A stretch of 64,000 nt of DNA from Anthoceros angustus (lineage: Eukaryota > Plantae > Anthocerotophyta), in the NCBI GenBank assembly GCA_010909165.1, contig MU008200.1, positions 372,001 to 436,000 on the forward strand, read 5' to 3'. Made by a program: the position numbers and the translations under genes. Of the stretch, positions 59,901 through 64,000 are shown piece after piece. Every line of letters begins with the position of its first letter. Position 1 is the stretch's first letter. The notes beneath the pieces were generated by a model. It made no database searches. It was not told the origin of the DNA and saw only the letters and a program-made list of their open reading frames with translations.

Positions 59901-62900
59901 CGCACCCAGAGATGGTGGAAATTCCGCAAGTGGGGTATGTACCTTTTGTCAAGTCTGGGGTGGGCGCATAAGATGGGGATCCCGGTGCTCGGGTGTGGCC
60001 TTGAGTAACACCGGCCGGGGGTCAGTTCTGGAACGGTGGGGAGGCCCCAACCCAGAAACCGCGATTCCGGACCACGGCGGTGTTGAAGGTGGAGGCAGTC
60101 GATTTCCTCGGCGATCGGCATGACATGGATCGTGGAAGGGTGAAGGAGATGAGTGCGGATGAAGGATTGATGGTGGCCAAGGTGACCACCGGATCGGGCG
60201 CGGAGAAAGGCGGGCGGAAAAGCAGCGTGGCGGGAGGAAAGGAAGCGGAGGAAGGTGAGGGACGACTCACCTTGGCCTCGGAGGCAGCGGCGTCGGCGCG
60301 TGAGAAGGAGAAGGCAGGCCCACCAAGGCGGGCGGCGGACTACCGGTGATCGGCACCCTGAGGTAGCAGGCGGTCTACCGGTGAGGCGGCGAAGAAGGGC
60401 AAGGAAGGAGGCAGTGCGTTCCCTCCGATATCGGCGAAGTGGCGGCGTCTTGGAGGATGAGCTGAGCAGGCTCACCCAACACGTGAAGAAGAAGGTGGCG
60501 AGCGTTGATCCGCGGGTAGGGTCCCACCCGGCGGAGGGACCATGGAATCGAACTTTACCAATAAGGTCGAGCCGACGCTCGGCTAAAGCGGGAGGAAACC
60601 TTGTCGGATAAGATCTCGGTTTATTTGGCGCATTGTGACCATTTGTGGTCGATTTGAGGGCGATTGCTTGCGGTGAGTCGAGATCCGCAAAATTGTGAAG
60701 CGATCGAGAATCCACGAGTAGTGGGGTGAGAAAGCGGTGGAGGTAAATGTGGTCGAACTTGTTGATTTGGGGCACCGAGATTGAGGTTGAAATTGCGATG
60801 CTTGGTGCCCAATGTGCCATTGGATTCGGATCGAGTCAACTTGATGGAGAGACAGCTCATCAACTTGGGTTCTTGAGTTTCCGGCCAGTGTTTTTGCGGA
60901 TGGCCGACCAAACAAGAAGGAAGCCATTGGGAGTGTTGAAAGTACCAACTGATTGGGGTCTCACCTTCCATCTCACTTACATTGTGATGCGGCCAGTTTT
61001 GGATTTAGGCTACAAGGTTTTGATAGGCAGGCCTTGGTTGTATGGTACTGCATGTGTCTTTGATTTCTGTCGTAGCGGCGTCACCTTCAAGTCCAATAGG
61101 GTAGGACCTGCGGTGATCGCTTTTGTGTCATGGAGCAAGGCTCCCTATGAGGGGGAGTCTGCACTCCAGTCTGATGGGTACACCTCAGGTAGCTCGGGGG
61201 TAAGCTCCTCGGGCTGGCGAGCTTATCGGGACCCAGAGGTCAAATAAAAGTTGATTTGGAGTATTCATGCTTGCACGTAGAGGACGTAGAAGAATCAGAA
61301 GATGAGGCACATAGAGGGAGTAGCCTTTTGGAAGGGTAAAGCTATGATCGTGATTTTCCGAGGAGGGATCCGGACCGATCAGTGTGGAAGGGAACATACA
61401 TGATCCGTCTTAGAGGACTTAGAGTTAGAGCGCAAGGTAGTCAAGGTTTCTAGGTATCTAGGGGAGAGAAAGAAGAGTTTCGTAGTATGCTTAGGGAGTA
61501 TGTCGATGTGTTTGCCTTCAAAATTCGACATGACAGAATCTAGGAAGAGCGGGGATACATCGAATCGACTTGAAGGAGGCACTCGGTGAGGATCAAAGCT
61601 GAATCCCAAGTATTCCATGGTCGTTAAGGATCAGACCAATATTTGGGCGAGTAATCTATGCTCACTAGCGAGTGGGTCGCACCTATCGTGATTGTACCAA
61701 AGAAGCAGCAGGGAAAGGTTCGGGTATGCCAGGATTTCAGGAAGCTCAATGAACGAAGAAGGATCATCACCCTTTGCCTTTCATGGACAGTGTGCTGGAC
61801 ACGGTAGCCGGACATGAGATGTATAGTTTCTTGGACGGATATTCTGGGTACAATCAGATTTCGCTGCGGAAGGAAGATCAGGACAAGACAACATTCACAA
61901 CGGATTGGGGAACCTACGCTTATTCAAAACTCCCTTTCGGGTTGTGTAATGCCCCTGCCACTTTCCAGCGTGTGGTGAACGCGATATTCCGAGACTTCTT
62001 ACGGAAGTTTATGGAGGTATTCCTAGATGATTTCTGCGTGTTCGGAAGGAGGAAACTGCATTTAGATCATTTGAGACAATGTTTCCAGAAATGCAGAGAG
62101 TCGAACATGAAACTTCATCCGGGGAAGTGTTATTTTGGTATGACGGAGGGCATTTTGTTAGCACATCGGGTCTCATGCGATTGCGAGAGATAAGTAGCAA
62201 TTATAGGCGAGATGGACGCACCACAAAGCGGTGAGACAGTGCGTGCTTTTGTAGGCTGGTAGGATATTACAGGAGGTTCATCAAGGATTTCGCTAAGAAG
62301 GCAGCCTTGTTGACACAATTGACCAAGAAGGATATACCTTCGAATGGACCAATGCAAGGCAGAGGCTTTTGGCGGTGACGACAGTGGCGCGTTACAACCG
62401 GATTGGGAGAAACCGTTTCACGTATACGTGGATGTGTCCGCCTATGCCATCGGGACCGTCTTAAGCCAGAAGGACGAGAAGAAACGGGATCATCCGATTT
62501 TCTATGCCGGTAGACAGCTCACGGATGCTGAGAAGAACTACTCAACCACGGAGCGGGAGGGTCTTGGTATCATTTACTCCTGTAAGAAGTTTAGACACTA
62601 TCTGCTTGCTTGCAAAGTGACGTTCCATGTTGACCATTTTGCGTTGAAGTACCTTGTCAACAAGCCAGATTTGTCAGGAAGGATTGCCAGATGGGTGCTA
62701 CTGCTGCAAGAATTTGATTACGACGTAGAAACTAGGCCAGGGAAGCAGCATCAAAATGCTGATTTTATTTCGTCACGCGAGGAGCGACTTGAGGCCACGA
62801 CGATTTCACGAGGAGTTGGTCGCACAGTCGAAGAGGACGTGAGCATGTTGTAGGGCCTAATTGATCAGCAAGTCTTGTTGCCAGCGGAGAGGCCAAATGA

Positions 62901-64000
62901 GCAAGAAGGAGCGTTGTGCGGAAAAGCTGCCAGACAATCACAAATCCGAGGGGATAGGATGGCGCCGGATGGGCGAGGAGGAGGCTGGAATGCTCCTCAA
63001 GGGTGAGCAGTCGGAGGGCTGCAAGTGGAGGCCACGAGTTGGCAAAGGAAGGAGGTGCACCCCATGACAAGTTTGAAGAAAAATCGGGAGAGAAGGATGG
63101 CATTCATGGGAAATCACTCTAAGGAGGACATGGAGGTGCAGGAAGGAAGAGGTCGCCATGGGGGAGCTGGCTGACCTAGTCACGAGGCTAGGGTGAATGG
63201 AAAAGAGATCGCCCGTTGTCGGAGGAGGAGCATGCAAACGGGCTGGGAGGACGTGCGGCGGGCGGCGGGGCGATGGATTTGTAGATAGATCCACGCCACA
63301 GGGCTACTAGACGAGCTAGCGGGGAGGCGTGGTATGGGAAGGAGGAGATTAGAACGAGGGGCGTTCATGCCCAAGATATCTGAGCGGTGAAATCGCAAGT
63401 TCTGGAGCATGGAATCATGCCCGATGGTTTGTCGGGGAGGCGGGCTGTTTTCTCCATAAAGCCTCGCCCCTATTGCCTAAAGGAGGCGTCTATACAAGCT
63501 TGGGCCGGACGAGAAGATTGAGATGCCTCGAGGTTGAAGAGGCACACTCACGGAGGCACTACATGCGAAGAGGCGGTGGACACTATTCGGCATGACCGTT
63601 AAGAAGATCTTGAATGCGAGTTCGGTGGCTACGATGCAAGGATGTGTGGGAGTTCACTCGGAGGTGTGATGCGTGTCGAGGGTTGGGCGGCCTACATTGT
63701 ATGGCCTCTCACCCATACTACCGTTAGCACCATTCGAGAAGTGGGGAATCGATTTCGTGGGGCCGATCAAACCACCAACCCAATGGACGGTACATTTTGG
63801 TGGCTACGGATTATTGCGAAGATGGTGGAGCGGAAGCGGCGAGGAAGGGACGCTGCAATGGCAAAGTTTTTTCGAGAACATCATAACGAAACGGTGTCCT
63901 TTAGAGTTGGTCGGCCAGGGACACATTTCCTCAACTCGCGTTGAGTCCCTAACCACCTACTTCAACATTCGGCATCGAAGACGCCCCTACAACCCCAAGG
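59900..64000 (+). mobile_element. Athila-like Ty3/gypsy gag C-terminus, protease, RT, RNase H, integrase (subfamily 2), runs off window
   Basis: VPLDS protease (~60820); RT PLPFMD..FLDGYSGYNQI..KTTFTTDWGT..PFGLCNAPATFQR..MEVFLDDF; RH PDWEKPFHVYVDVSAYAIG..KKFRHYL..RWVLLLQEFD; integrase PFEKWGIDFVG region. Confidence 0.92.

Noticed and set aside
59750-60820. 356-aa minus-strand ORF (and similar long ORFs such as 1462..2061 +)
   Set aside because: Antisense shadows of GC-rich gag-protease coding sequence; no motifs of their own.
62860-63290. Additional archaeal-type RNase H (Tat lineage marker)
   Set aside because: The extra ~430 bp between RH and integrase is low-complexity and charged with no DG/E/D motifs visible; treated as a linker or insertion.
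1-64000. tRNA, rRNA, telomeric or satellite arrays, DNA-transposon TIRs or transposase, host exons
   Set aside because: None recognised by eye; tRNA similarity is limited to the short PBS motifs.

Overview
No host gene is recognisable. The whole 64 kb is a nested, rearranged pile of plant-type LTR retrotransposons, about 50% GC, most likely land-plant nuclear heterochromatin (species not determinable). It holds at least five Ty1/copia elements or fragments: one at 1-1136; Copia-A at 5923-9840 with truncated copies; Copia-B at 12710-20182 with both LTRs, PBS, PPT and a 5-bp TSD; Copia-C at 34441-39190 and 52013-57271; and a Copia-D gag fragment. It also holds two subfamilies of an Athila-like non-chromovirus Ty3/gypsy element. 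Between integrase and the 3' LTR this element carries a palindrome array (CCTACC-NN-GGTAGG, often 21-bp spaced), an AT-rich tract, a perfect G-box plus TATA box, and a ~2.7-kb extra ORF ('ORF X': Trp/Tyr-rich globular part, palindrome-encoded 7-aa repeats, long coiled coil) of unknown function. Its LTR and Asp-type PBS are repeatedly followed by copia, not gypsy, gag-pol. At large scale there is a ~17.5-kb tandem duplication (about 21310-39190 / 39191-56500), a long inverted pair of arms around 22.5-26.3 kb, and several small microhomology-bounded tandem duplications. Nearly every reading frame is broken by 1-3 bp indels and duplicate copies differ mostly by indels, which looks like uncorrected long-read error. 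Frameshifts therefore cannot be read as biological decay, boundaries are approximate, and some junctions could be library or assembly chimeras.
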